Part shown: piece after piece, positions 12,796-27,117 of the stretch
How positions within the stretch are numbered: the first letter of the stretch is position 1
Layout of the letters: each line of letters begins with the position of its first letter
From: Octopus sinensis
Taxonomy: Eukaryota
Length of the DNA stretch: 64,000 nucleotides
NCBI RefSeq assembly: GCF_006345805.1
Contig: NC_043001.1
Location: 12,648,001-12,712,000, forward strand
Direction of reading: 5' to 3'
Notes under the pieces: generated by a model
Databases searched by the model: none
What the model was told of the DNA's origin: nothing
Seen by the model: the letters and a program-made list of their open reading frames with translations, nothing else
Program-made: the position numbers and the translations under genes

Positions 12796-12848
12796 GATAA
12801 ATGTATAATATATATATAATATACATATATATATATATATACTGTATC

Positions 12849-12890
<42 letters not shown>

Positions 12891-13527
12891 ATGTATAGTA
12901 TATGTATATACTTATTATAATCCACGTGCGGCATTTACCTTGCTTCATATATTTTGTTGAAACTGCCAGTAACAGCAAGCAAAGCAAGAATTCCTCTCGA
13001 CTCTCACACTGTTCAATTAGAAGAAAACTGAGGGATGAAGAATGCCAAGTTGAAGTAAGCCAACACAAGACAACTACAACAACAAAAAAAAACAACAAAA
13101 AACAATGTCTTGCTCAAGGACTCGACGCACCGGCCAGTTCAGGAACGCCAGTAACGCTATTTTGGTCACGAGACCCGCACATTGCACATTTTCTACGCGG
13201 TTGTCTATCTTGTCATACATAGATTCATAAGTAATACATACACGCAGATCTATTTATCTATATCTATATCTATATATATATATATCTATTTATCTATATA
13301 TATAATATTTATATATATATATATTATATATATAATACTATATATATATATATATACAATGTCAATTTATTGTTACAATTCCATATGTGCTGAAGAGTGC
13401 TCTACATTTTAAAATTGAAATAATACTTACATTGTTTAATTAAATGAAGTAGCATGAAAAGATTGTACTACACTACCTTGTGGATATCCTGTTGCTTATT
13501 TTCATTATATATATATATATATATAAT

Positions 13528-13579
<52 letters not shown>

Positions 13580-13607
13580 TTATATATATGGGTGTGTGTA
13601 TGTATAT

Positions 13608-13645
<38 letters not shown>

Positions 13646-14314
13646 CATACATACACGCAGACACACAGACACACATGTATATGTATATACATAGATGCAC
13701 ACACACATATATGAATCTGGGCATAAGTGTGTACCTGTGTGAGCGTGTGCGCCGGTGTGTTACAGCTACAACACTTGTATACATTCTTATGGAGATCTCC
13801 ACATGTTTTTTTGTACTACATGCAGAATGAATGAAACACGTATGTGGGAGTGATTCCATTTGTGTATTCGTGTCTCTATACGCCTCTGCGTACGCTCCGT
13901 TATGTTTGCTCGTTTTTAACGATACCATTACATGTTTTGCATTTGTTTCCTTTTCCGTCCTATTTCACTAAAACACTCTAATCCACTATGATATTTTCTT
14001 TAAGCTTTTATCTTGACGTTTTGATGCATTCATAGTTATCCTACGTACCGTTCTATTTTAATTTCCATATATCTCACTGCGCCTAGTTAAGACTTGTATA
14101 ATTTTTTTTATTTCTTGAAGCTGTAAGCTTCGTTGGAGCTTTTATAAACTTTTGCTATAAATAGATTTCGCTTCAGAGTAGAACATTAATATCGCACTTT
14201 GTTCCAAGGTTTCAATACCGGACCAATTTATTCATATTTTTGGAATATTAATGATTAAATATTTTAATGCGATTAATTGCTATCGAAGAGGAACAGTAAT
14301 AATAATAATAATAA

Positions 14315-14369
<55 letters not shown>

Positions 14370-14405
14370 TAATAAATAATAATAATGATGATAATAATAA
14401 TGATG

Positions 14406-14437
<32 letters not shown>

Positions 14438-14630
14438 TATTATTATTATTATTATTATTATGTTTTTTGTTAATGCATACGCATTTTTTAAAGTATACAT
14501 TTAAAACCTCTATATACTTAGTAAAAATGGCTTCGTGGTTTGTCTATATTGATCGTTAAAAAGACCCAAAATAGCACTTTATGCTTTGCAAATCTCACAA
14601 ACGCGCGCACACACACATACACCCATATAC

Positions 14631-14661
<31 letters not shown>

Positions 14662-14959
14662 TGTATGCATGTATGTATGTATGTATGTATGTATGTATGC
14701 GTCTATGTGTGTATATAAATATAAATTCACACACACATATCAAACTTATATATATATAGGGAGAATTCAAACAAAAAGAGGAAACGAAAGACAAGAACGC
14801 TCGGGAAGTGAAAAAGTCTTTAACGTTTCGAGCCTACGCTCTACCACCACAAAAACAACACAGAAAAACAAGGAGGAGAAATTAAAGAGAAAATAAATAA
14901 AAGGAAAATATATATATTATTATATATATATGTATGTATATTATATATATATTAATATA

Positions 14960-15004
<45 letters not shown>

Positions 15005-15419
15005 AAGATAAGAAAATGGAGAAATACATCTAAATCAAATATCAATTACCATAATACTCAATCATATACTTTATTAAACCACCATATAAGAGACTGTGGG
15101 GTTAAACATAAAAAAGCAGAACAAATCAGTGTACATAAAGGAATGTACATAAAAAAGTGTACATAAAAGTGTACATATATACATACACACATATACACAC
15201 ACACACACACATACACATGCCCACACGCAGATACACAGATATGTACAGGCATTGCTGTGTGGTATGAAACTTGCTTCTACGTCACATGGTTCCAGATTCA
15301 ATCTATTCTACGAATACTTCGGCAAATGTCTTCTACGATAGACTCGAGCGAAGCATAACCTTGTGAGTGGATTTGGTAGACGAGAACTGAAAGCAGCTCA
15401 TCGTATTATATATATGTGT

Positions 15420-15765
15420 GTGTGTATGCATATATATATGTGTATGGTGTAATTATGTATGTGTGTGTGTGTATGTATATATATATATATGAGTATGGTC
15501 TAAGTGTGTATGTGTGTGTGTATGTATATATATATGTGTATGGTGTAATTGTGTATGTGTGTGTGTATGTATATATATATATATGAGTATGGTCTAAGTG
15601 TGTATGTGTGTGTGTGTGTATGTATATATATATGCGTATGGTGTAATTGTGTATGTGTGAGTGTGTATGTATATATATATATATGAGTATGGTCTAAGTG
15701 TGTATGTGTGTGTGTGTATGTATATATATGTGTATGGTGTAAGTGTGTATGCGTATGTGTGTGTT
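15420..15765. repeat. Minisatellite with a ~95-100-bp higher-order unit
   Basis: Alternating gtgtatggtgtaattg and gagtatggtctaagtg modules separated by (TG)/(TA) runs. Confidence 0.85.
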
Positions 15766-16269
15766 TTTGTGTTTGTATCCATGTGCGTTTCGAACATGGT
15801 ATCAGCAGAGTTTTCTGTGAAATATCAATCTAATAATATGTATAATTTGATGAAGGAGATTTCTTCAATTTTCGGCTCAGTTTAAAAACCGTCATTTACT
15901 TAATGAAAGCATGAGCCGAATTACTGCGAGAAAACGTTTGGACCGGCATTTTTCATTTCAATCTACTATTCTCAATGAAAAACGGACGTTGATACACTCG
16001 ACTATCATCACATTTTTGAATTCTGTACATATACCGTCGTTTTATTGCACTTCTTCCTCTAAACATTAGCTCTTGTGCAGTTAAACGCACTGCAACGTTT
16101 GTTGAAGATTTTGTATACAATACATTTTTAATTCTTTTATTGTAGATGCATTTTTTTATTCCTCCCTCACCATAAATTTGTAATCTAAAGTATAATTTCA
16201 TTTTTAATATCTATATATATATATATATATATAAGTGTGTGTGTGTGTATGCATATATATATATATAAT

Positions 16270-16573
16270 GGAGGCGCAAAGGCCAAGTGGTTAGGGCAGC
16301 GGACACGCGGTCGTAGGATCGCGGTTTCAATTCCCAGACCGGGCGTTGTGTGTGTTTATTGAGCGAAAACACCAAAAAGCTCCACGAGTCTCCGGCAGGG
16401 GGTGGTGATCCCTGCTGTACTCTTTCACCACTCTTTCTCTCATCTTCCTTCTGTTGGCTTGCTCGCTTAGCGAGCGGGGTGGCGTCATTCGAAGGCTAAA
16501 AGAACGCGAAGCGCATTGTGACCAGCGAGGTGTAGCAACATCTGATGGTCTGGTCGGTCACGTGATCACGTGA
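16270..16573 (+). mobile_element. tRNA-derived SINE family C
   Basis: Head ggaggcgcaaaggccaagtggttagggcagcgga..cggtttcaattcccagacc, homologous to 42311 and to 43894 (minus strand). Confidence 0.85.
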
Positions 16574-16671
16574 TATATATATATATATTATTCGTATTAT
16601 TACTTGATTGAACTCACCCATCCATTTCAAAGTACACACACACACACACTCACACACATATATATATATAT

Positions 16672-16836
16672 AGGCGAAGGTGTGGCTGTGTGGTAAGTAA
16701 CTTGCTTACTAACCACATGGTTCTGGGTTCAATCCCGCTGCATGGCACCTTGGGCAAGTGTTTTCTACTATAGCCTTGGGCCGGCCAAACCCTTCAGAGC
16801 GGATTTTGTAGACAGGAACTGAAAGAAGCCCGTCTT
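16672..16836 (+). mobile_element. SINE family A, 5' half
   Basis: Family A head and core. Confidence 0.8.
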
Positions 16837-16871
16837 ATACATATATATACAATATATATATATCTATATAT

Positions 16872-16921
<50 letters not shown>

Positions 16922-16961
16922 TACATATACATATATACATATACATATATAATATTACACT

Positions 16962-17005
<44 letters not shown>

Positions 17006-17407
17006 TATATATATATATATATATATATAACATTAATTCTATTACCATATAGAGCATCTATGGAATTCTTTGATTGAAGGCTTTAAAATCTTCCATGAAT
17101 AAAATAATGTTTTACTAAGAATGTAGAGAGACGTGAGATTTTCTATCGCAATGAATGTGTCGATAATGTATGGAATCTTGGAATTGACTTTATGATGAAC
17201 TTCTCTTGAGAAATATGATTCTACAGGAATTTGGTTGATAAAAACTGGGCAAGAAATATTCTGTATATGAAATGCAGGTACAAAGACTTTAATGAACACA
17301 CACACATGCTATCGTGTATTTATACATTCATATATACATACATACATACATACTACATACATACACACATATGCATACATACATACAGATACACATATGT
17401 GTGTGCG

Positions 17408-17465
<58 letters not shown>

Positions 17466-17478
17466 AATGTGAGTCTCT

Positions 17479-17755
17479 GAAGCAGCGTGGCATAGCGGTC
17501 AGGATGTCTGGACTCACTATCGGTAGATTGAGAGATCGATTCCCAGACCGTGCGTGTTCCGTTTGCTTCTACAAAGCATGTCATACATTTAACGTTGTTC
17601 GAGTCCACTTAGCGGTATAAAGGTCACCCTGCAACGGACTAGTTTTTATCAAACAGGGGGAAATGTTGGACTACTCAGCCGCCCAGCGGTTGGGGTGTCG
17701 TCAGTGGAAGCTAAAAGGACCAGCGATTCTTAGTATCATCCGATAGTCTGGTCAA
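17479..17755 (+). mobile_element. Diverged family C-like SINE
   Basis: gcgtggcatagcggtcagg..gatcgattcccagaccg head. Confidence 0.5.
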
Positions 17756-17777
17756 CACGTTATATATATATATATTA

Positions 17778-17822
<45 letters not shown>

Positions 17823-17889
17823 GTATATAGGTATATATATATAGGTATATATATATATATATAGGTATATATATATATATAGGTATATA

Positions 17890-17924
<35 letters not shown>

Positions 17925-18459
17925 GGTATACATGTATGTATTTCTGAATCTATACTGCATTAATATGCACGTACTGATTGAACACAATATCTACATGGAT
18001 CTGTTACAGCGCGGCTTCATTATAGACATTTCTACAACGTTGTACAATAGTTGAAAGAAAAATTAGAGCGATCCCGGGAGTAACATATGGGAGAAAGAAA
18101 TACATTTTCATTCCAATTACGTGTATCAATTCACAATTTATATATGTATATATATCGTATTTTTCGGACAAGTCCAACATATTTTGACGGAAGTGGGGAA
18201 TGAATTATATGGACCCCTTTGGTTTCACACTTATCTCAACGATCTGGTAAGGATGCAATGCAAGGTCGACCCCGATTGCAATGGTGTTTAGAAAGTAAGG
18301 CCAGAAGAAACACCGACAAGCATTGTATAAGGTGTACCAACTATTTTGCCAGTGTTCACTCTTAAAATGATTTGAAATGAAAATGATGTTGTAGAGTATT
18401 AAAGCTGAATATTTTATATGTGTAATGTGCTCAAATACCTATCGTTGTTTTTAACTATT

Positions 18460-18960
18460 TCATGTATAAACCAGTGGCATGCTGGGTACCATGCTGGGTG
18501 CCATGCTGGGTGCCATAATGGGGAACGGTCTTGAAGAAATTTTAGTCAAATGATTCAGCCCCAGTACTTAATTTCTTCAAACCTGTTACTTATTCTATTT
18601 GTGTTTGGTTTAACCGCTAAGTTACGGGGATGTAAACGCACTAACAGCGGTTGTTAAACGTGGTGGCGGTGATGTGGAAATATATATATATATATACACA
18701 CATACATACATATATATTTATATATATTTTTACATGTGTGTATGTATATATTATGTCGTTTATGTATGTGTGTGTGTGTGTATAAATGTATGTATATACA
18801 ACGGGTTTCTTTCAGTTTCAGTCTACGACATTGATTCACATGGCTTTGATTAGCCCAACGTTATAGTAGAAGACGCTTGCCTTTGTTGCTGTGCCGTGGG
18901 ACTGACCTAGAACCATGTGGTGGCTAATAATCTTGTAACCATACAGCCAAGCCTGCTCCT
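18460..18960 (-). mobile_element. Diverged full-length SINE family A with internal microsatellite
   Basis: Tail ccgctaagttacggggatgtaaac, core tttctttcagtttcagtctac and head accatgtgg.. Confidence 0.7.
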
Positions 18961-19333
18961 AAATGTGTAAAATAAGAATTTCCTTCAAAAGCACTTCACG
19001 TCTAGTAGTGTTAAATTCACTGATGGATTATATCTACTACACAAGACATCGGAAATACGATGCGACTCGCTTGTTTGAATACCGTGGAAGGAATTGTGTC
19101 GCAAAACGCATTTGGCTGAGTATATCGACGTCGGTTTTTATCCAGTAATGTATGATTTTAAAGCAAATCTCAAACTAAAACAGGCGTGTATGTTGAAATA
19201 TTTTTTATTTCACTTATACTCATTTGCACACATCAAACATTTGCACACATCTATGTCACACATAGTGAGAAAAATTATTTTCTAAAAAGCGAAGACCTGA
19301 GAAATATAGTTAATAATACGAATGAGGTTGCGG

Positions 19334-19535
19334 AGGCGGCGAGATGGCGGACTCGATACCTCGCAAGGAAAAATGCTTAGTACGTTTTCTTCTGACTTTA
19401 AGCTCTGAGTTTAAATGCCACCTGGGTCAACTTCACCTTTTCTACTTTCGGGGGTCGATAAAATAAGTACCAGTTGATGTAATCGACTTACTTTCTTCCC
19501 CGTAATTGCTGGCCTTGTACCAAACTTTGAAATCA
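19334..19535 (+). mobile_element. Diverged SINE family B
   Basis: aggcggcgagatggcgga..ctttcgggggtcgataaaataagtaccag. Confidence 0.7.
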
Positions 19536-20418
19536 GTATGATTGAGTTTGGCAAGCTTGTCAATAGTTGTATTCATTGAACTGCTGTCGTTTTATAGATT
19601 TCTTTCCGTTACGACCAGATTTCAAATTCCCGTTTTGTTTCTCATTCATCTAGATGATCGATAAAATCAGGAATGGATTCGATCTATGTTTGTGTGTGCA
19701 AATATAAGCACGTGCATTGACAGTGAGACTTAACAAATACGTGTGTGTATGTCTGTGTGTTTGTGTGAGTGGTGAGAGACAAATAGAGTGAGAGCAAGAG
19801 CATGTCGTATATGTATATGTATGTGCGTGTGTGTTGCGAATGAAGAACGAGAAGAAATCTGAAAAACAAGAGAGAGATCGAAGGAATTCACTTACAGTCA
19901 TATACCTGATTTAATTTTCAATGTTTAATGAATACTTTATTCAATTAGATATATAATTTCGACTTTAGCTATTATCTTTCAAAACACGTAGTTCCTTAAA
20001 TAGGCATCAGTTTTACTAGAATATTTTTCTCACCGTCTAGAAATTAAAATACAAGTACATATGAGTGGCATTATTATCGTATAGAACGTGCTAGCTTTAT
20101 CACTTGTAAATTGATTTCTATTGTCTGCACCAGGTCAGACATCTCTCGAGGAGGTCATTAGTTGCTCGAATCCATCAGGTTATCAGATCACAAAAAAATA
20201 TGACCGTTCCAAGGTGTAACATTATCTGTTTAACATACATTTTCCCATAGGGAATCCTGCAACACAAATTGTCAGAACTGAAATAGGCAAGCTAGTAGAA
20301 TCGTAGTTATCGCGATACAAAAAAAGTGCCGAAGTATTTGTTCTGTCTATGTGTGGTATTAGTTCAAGTAACACCGATGTGGACTCCGTATTTATCCTTT
20401 CGAAATCAATATGATAAT

Positions 20419-21008
20419 TACCTATTTCTTTACTACGCACAAGGTGCTAAACATAGAGAGGACAAACAAGGACAAACAAACGGATTAAGTCGATTATATC
20501 GACCTCAGTGCGTAACTGGTACTTATCAATCGACCCCGAAAGGATGAAAGGCAAATTCGACCTCCGCGGAATTTGAACTCAGAACGCAGCGGTTGACGAA
20601 TACTTATTTCTTTACTGCCCACAAGGGGCTAAACACAGAGCGGACAAAGAAGGACAGACAAACGGATTAAGTCGATTATATCGACCTCTGTGCGTAACTG
20701 GTACTTATTTAGTCGACCCCGAAAGGATGAAAGGCAAATTCGACCTCCGCGGAATTTGAACTCAGAACGCAGCGGTTGACGAATACTTATTTCTTTACTG
20801 CCCACAAGGGGCTAAACACAGAGCGGACAAACAAGGACAGACAAACGGATTAAGTCGATTATATCGACCTCAGTGCGTAACTGGTACTTATTTAATCGAC
20901 CCCGAAAGGATGAAAGGCAAAGTCGACCTCGGCGGAATTTGAACTCAGAACGAGGCGGCTGATGAAATACTGCTAAGCATTTCGCCCGGCGTGCTAACGT
21001 TTCTGCCA
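20419..21008 (-). mobile_element. SINE family B with three tandem ~181-bp units
   Basis: tac(c/t)tatttctttact..cacaagg occurs at 20419, 20601 and 20782. A single tRNA-like head lies at the right end. Confidence 0.92.
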
Positions 21009-21639
21009 TTATCAATATGATAATTATCAGTCGAGCAGTGGATTCGAAACAAACGACTAACTCGTTCTCCCCAAAATAGCTAGCTTTGTGCCAAAGTTAG
21101 AAAGAATCCTGTTAGAACGTTAACAGGTGTAAAAGACATAACCGCAAACACACAAAATCATGCTATAATACACCAGTCGGCTATATGGTTTTCAAATGCT
21201 AGCACAACGCCAGTAGTTTTGGGCGGAGCTAGTACTTATTTTACAGACCTGGAAAAAAAGATTCCAATCTCGGCAGAATTTGAACTCAGAACGCAGGCAC
21301 GGACGAAGTTCCACCATGAGTTCTGATTGGTACAATAAGAATTCAGACAGCCTGCGCTTTAAATAATTATATTATTATTATTATTATTATATTATTATTA
21401 TTATTATTATTTGTTTGACACTACTTGATAATGTTTAAATCACAAGAGAAATGCTCCGAGTTTCACGCCAATTTTTCCAGGTTCCATTTTCTTTAATTTT
21501 GTATTTTATGTATTAAGCTACAGTTTAAAGAATCTGAAGAAAACAATATCACTTAGTCATTTGGTTTTTTCGGTGTTGGGATAACGTTCCGAACAATTCC
21601 TCCGTAAATGCTCCACACACACACATACACACACACACA

Positions 21640-22815
21640 TATATATATATATGTATAATAAATAAAATATAAGAATAAAACCTATATAAGATTTCATCAA
21701 GTAGTCTGGAAAAAATGTTTACAAAGTAAGTATATATTATATTTTATATATAAAATGCGTCATTCTATGAAGAGCTATTATTATAAGTAAAACCACACGC
21801 TGTAAGGGGACTCTAAAGTCAACAATATATATATGTTTGTGTGTGTGTGATTGTAGAAGGTTGAAAAGGAACCCTACTACCCTCCACAAGTCACTTTCAC
21901 TACACTTGACCATTTAACATCCTGCTGCTATCATGGCACTCTCGTATTCTTCTTCTCCTCCCCACTCTTCTTCTTCTTCGTCTTCGCCTTCTTCTTCTTC
22001 CATGCCAAGAATTCACAACGACCTCGAACCCGCAAGAGTTAACAACGGATATGCCCCTTGTATTTGAATACTATGCAGATATGCTTTTAAAACCTTTTCT
22101 TTTAGTTTTTTTTTTTCCAAAATTTATTTTCCATACTTACAGTTAAAAAAGGCTCCATGACTGAAACCGGTACTGAAATGCTTTTTATAAATTTATTTTA
22201 CCATCTCTTAACTTTTTTCCATATATATATATATATGTATAATAAATAAAATATAAGAATAAAACCTATATAAGATTTCATCAAGTAGTCTGGAAAAAAT
22301 GTTTACAAAGTAAGTATATATTATATTTTATATATAAAATGCGTCATTCTATGAAGAGCTATTATTATAAGTAAAACCACACGCTGTAAGGGGACTCTAA
22401 AGTCAACAATATATATATGTTTGTGTGTGTGTGATTGTAGAAGGTTGAAAAGGAACCCTACTACCCTCCACAAGTCACTTTCACTACACTTGACCATTTA
22501 ACATCCTGCTGCTATCATGGCACTCTCGCATTCTTCTTCTCCTCCCCACTTCTTCTCTTCGTCTTCGCCTTCTTCTTCTTCCATGCCAAGAATTCACAAC
22601 GACCTCGAACCCGCAAGAGTTAACAACGGATATGCCCCTTGTATTTGAATACTATGCAGATATGCTTTTAAAACCTTTTCTTTTAGTTTTTTTTTTTCCA
22701 AAATTTATTTTCCATACTTACAGTTAAAAAAGGCTCCATGACTGAAACCGGTACTGAAATGCTTTTTATAAATTTATTTTACCATCTCTTAACTTTTTTC
22801 CATATATATATATAT
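21640..22815 (+). repeat. Near-identical ~584-bp tandem duplication in (TA)n with a decayed hammerhead-like motif in each unit
   Basis: gtataataaataaaatataag at 21653 and 22237. The units differ by about one substitution and a small indel. gactGAAAccggtActg lies at ~22159-22175 and ~22740-22756. Confidence 0.85.
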
Positions 22816-23444
22816 ATGGTGGTCGTTATCTTTTGATCTGACTTCCAATATTTTTTATGAGAAGCGCGCCTGCAAACATTTCTATATACGAAACATAAGT
22901 AGCTTTTCTGATCATGATGTCTTTGTCGTTAAGTTTTATTATCATTTGAGCGTTAACGTGTTTCTGCGTGCGAATGAATGTGGTCGTTTGAGTCTGTTAT
23001 TAGAAATCCATTTTACAGACATGAGTTTTAAGTAAAGCATATAGCACTAAATTATCAAAACTCAGTATAGTGGTCTGTACCACTAACAGTAGGTGTTGTA
23101 ATTTCTTCATCCGACTTAGAATATTTTTAGTCACAAATGTGTGCACACCCACGGCTCTGTACGAAATACAAGCAGCTTCGAATTGCTCTTTTAGCATTTA
23201 CATAATCATCGTCGTTTTACAACGGAGCGCCTGCAATGTTGTGACTTTGAACATGATAATTTGAAGAGCACAATCGATGTTTTGTTACGGCGCATATATA
23301 TTTGCATTTGTCTTAGTATTTTGTTTAAATGTTAATGTGAGAGCATTATGAAGAACAGAAGCCGTCCAGGATGGCAGGGCATATGCTACTCCTCTTAACA
23401 AAAGAATGCCAGGTGTTGATTTTGATATGTTTTTAAATAGATAC

Positions 23445-23670
23445 CAATTTCTTTATTACCCACAAGAGGCTAAACAGAGGCGTCAAACAAGGACAGACAA
23501 ACGGATTAAGTCGATTACATCGACCCCAGTGCGTAACTGGTACTTAATTTATCGACCCCGAAAGGATGAAAGGCAAAGTCGACCTCGGCGGAATTTGAAC
23601 TCAGAACGTAGCGGCAGACGAAATACTGTTAAGCATCTCGCCTGGCGTGCTAACGTTTCTGCCAGCTCGC
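23445..23670 (-). mobile_element. SINE family B
   Basis: Full head, core and tail. Confidence 0.88.
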
Positions 23671-24633
23671 CTATTTTTGAAATAGATACCGAACCATTCA
23701 GGGTCATATAAAGGGACAGGTATCATAACATTCTACGAGCGATTATATCAAAGATTGTAGTGAAATGAAAGTTATAAGGTCAGACAATGGTGCAGATAAA
23801 ATTCACAGAATATTGTTATGAAGTTTCAGGTTTCATTGTGATGAAAGAGTACGAATTCTGTTTGTATACATTTTTTTAATTGATAAGGTGTAGACAGCAA
23901 AGAAGAATGAAGGTAAATGTAATTGCTATGAAGTTTAAAAATCGGTGTTTTATTGTTTAGATTCACGTTTTTCATAGACGACCGGAGGCTATATTTTTCC
24001 TATAGCATCTGCAAGAGATAGGAGGACGGAATGTTGCAGAAATCTGGATTAGAACTGGAAGATAATATAACGTTTGAGGAAATAGTCCGTCAAGAAAGAT
24101 TAGGATTTCTTTTTTTCCCAGTTCTGTTAGGTTTATGTACGTTAGGTTCGACTGGGAAATGATTGTGTGTTGAAATACAACTGCGAATTCCATTTGTGTA
24201 GCAAGCCAAAGACGCTATCTAATTGTTATTTCAGCTCATGATAATTCCCAGAAGGGACGTCCGTTTCTGATCAATTGTGATTCTGAAGCGGAAAATTTTC
24301 AATTTATAAAGTAAAAAACATCTCTCACATACATGAATAGGAAAAAGGGTCTGGATTTCACATTATATGCTTGGTCGCCGAGAGGTAGTTTCTTCGAAGA
24401 TTATTCTTCATAATATACGTATCAGAGACTCTTTTATGAATTTTAATGAAATCTCATTCGTTTTCTTGACGGGAAAAAATTACGTTTCATGCATGATCAT
24501 TGATCATACTAGGTTTAACTAGACTAGGTTATAACCAAGTTATACTTGAAAACCTATTAACTATGAAATACATGCAAGTTATATAGTATGATAGGATATA
24601 AAAATAAATCACACACTGACCTGCATATATGTA

Positions 24634-24675
<42 letters not shown>

Positions 24676-24689
24676 AATATTCTTATATG

Positions 24690-25095
24690 ATTTTATTTGT
24701 TTCAGTCATTTGAATGCGGCCATGCTGGAGCACCGCCTTTAGTCGAGCAAGTCGACCCCAGGACTTATTTTTTACAAGCTTAGTACTTATTCTATCGGTC
24801 TCTCTTGTCGAACTGCTAATTGGCGGGGATATAAACACACCTGCATCGGTTGTCAAGCGATGTTAGGGGGACAAACACAGACACACAAACATATACATAC
24901 AAACACACACATATATATACGTATATATATACAACGGGCTTCTTTCAGTTTCCGTCAACCACATCCACTCACAAGGCTTTGGTCGGCCCGAGGTTATAGT
25001 AGAAGACACTTGCCCAAGGTGCCACGCAGTGCGACTGGACTCGGAACCCTGTGGTTGGTAAGCAAGCTACTTTTCACACAGCGACTCCTACGCCT
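24690..25095 (-). mobile_element. SINE family A, full length
   Basis: Tail gtttcagtcatttgaatgcggccatgctggagcaccgcc, core and head are all present. Confidence 0.88.
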
Positions 25096-25769
25096 ATATA
25101 TATGTTAAATATGTGTTCGTGTATGTATGTATGTATATGCTCATTTTCTTTACCAAAAAAAAAAATACACGCACTATATATATTCGATTTCCATTATCTT
25201 AATATGAGTTTAAATAAGAACAGACCTGTGGAGTGTCCTCGATAGGTGCGTTTACTAATATGGACGGTAGCTCTCATGTAATGTTACCCTCTGTGATGCT
25301 ATTGTAGATGCTGGCCAAAGCATAACACAAGAAGGTATTATCACCTTGAAAAATTCATTGGATCAGCACGTTAGAAATGTTATTGCATCTGAAAGATCGT
25401 ACACCAAAATGTTAATCCAATGATTATTTTCATTCCAACGCATTATTGTGTTTACCATGATGTCCTTCCTGAATAATGATTTTGTTAAAAGTTTACTATT
25501 GAATTATGTTTTTAAATGTTAATTTTGATTCAATCATCAATTATATTGTACTTGCCTAATAATTTGTGACAGTGAAAATGTTGCTAATTCCCCCAAATTT
25601 CCGCCATTTGTTGGCGCCTTCGTAGATTCGATTTATTTTAACAGAATGTGCGCAGATTTGTGTTGCAAGTAGTCAGTGGGAAACAACTTTGAACGAATGT
25701 ACATTTATTTCTTGATTTATTGAGAGAAGGATGATTTGCCTAATAATGTTGGACGCACTGTGCGTATAT

Positions 25770-25825
<56 letters not shown>

Positions 25826-25827
<2 letters not shown>

Positions 25828-26230
25828 AATATAAATTAAAAACAGAACACAAAGGATATTGCGGTACACGTGTTTCAAGTATTATAAACAATCCGTTATT
25901 ACATCAGTGTATTATTGATATAAAAGATGGTTTAAACCTCTCTTCAGCCGCAAACATTGTTAGTCCAAAGATTACATCACAATATAAAAAAATATAAAAA
26001 GTACATGTAGTATTACCCATTATAATAGGTTTATCATATCTCCTTGATAAAGTATATTTGTATAATTGTATAACTGTATAAATGTATAAAGATTCATTGG
26101 ATTTCAAAAATCTGCCCATACTCTACCACCATTCAGCATAGAGTAAATGTTAAATATCTAGCATATACAGGTGCTTACACTTATCAAGTATTCACTCTAA
26201 ATTTACAGTACCTACTTTATATTTATATAT
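25826..26230. mobile_element. (TA)n-flanked insert related to 2600-3262 with a decayed hammerhead motif (minus strand)
   Basis: The reverse complement of 25857-25910 reads CTGATGt..tactt-GAAA-cacgtgt-A-ccgc. Confidence 0.45.
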
Positions 26231-27117
26231 ATATAGGTTTTATTTAACATATTTGTCTATGTGTGTATTTTATATGTGTATATTCACCGCTATTGTCTTA
26301 CACCTCTCACCGAACTTATTTAGATCTGCCTCTGAATGAAATTACGCAAAGCCCCGTTGTTTTCTCACATAGTTTAAGTTTCGCCAAACTATCTCCTCTT
26401 TCATATAAGTAAATCGATCTTGCCTTTCGTACTTTTTATCTTCGTTACCACATCTATGTCGTTGATTACGCTTAAAACATCTCAAACTTTACAGCAACAA
26501 CGAGCGTAATTAACTTATGATTTACAAATACAAGCCAATTATCTATATAATTTGTCATGACTTTCTTTTCATATTTTGTATTTTTTCAGAAATTATCCCA
26601 GGTATTTCCGTTAGGTAGTTTGTTAGATTGTAGGTTCCATAAAAGTAGATTTTTAGACCTTCTATACGTGTTTCGCATATTACCCTTTAGCTCTATTTCC
26701 TGTTTTTGCTTGGTGGCTGTTATGCTTCTTCTTCGTTATTTGCTCTGAAGAAAGATACTTTGAGAATACAGTTATTCGTTTAAACTAATTAGTCTGAATT
26801 ATGCATATTTTCATTTTCATTTAAATTCACATTTGTTTATTAGAAAGATTACAGTAGCCGTGAGGAATTCAATAGTTCTTAACAGTTACAGAATTATAAA
26901 ATAATTGTAATTGTCATGTATTTATGATCTTTTTGATCTTCAAACAATATCCAGGGTATGGCATACAATATATTTTAATGCAGACAGAAATAATTCCTTC
27001 TAATTTCGGCATAAGGCCAGGTATGTTGAGTGGGTGAGGAATTGATAAAATCGATCCAAATATTTGAATGGTAATAATATATATCATTCCCGAATTGATG
27101 AACCGTAGAATCGATCC

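Noticed and set aside
13385-13430. CTGAAGA...GAAA
   Set aside because: No adequate stem II, stem III or stem I pairing.
20419-21008. Regularly spaced repeats suggesting a CRISPR array
   Set aside because: Whole ~181-bp units repeat with no unique spacers, they are SINE-derived, there are no cas genes and the context is eukaryotic.
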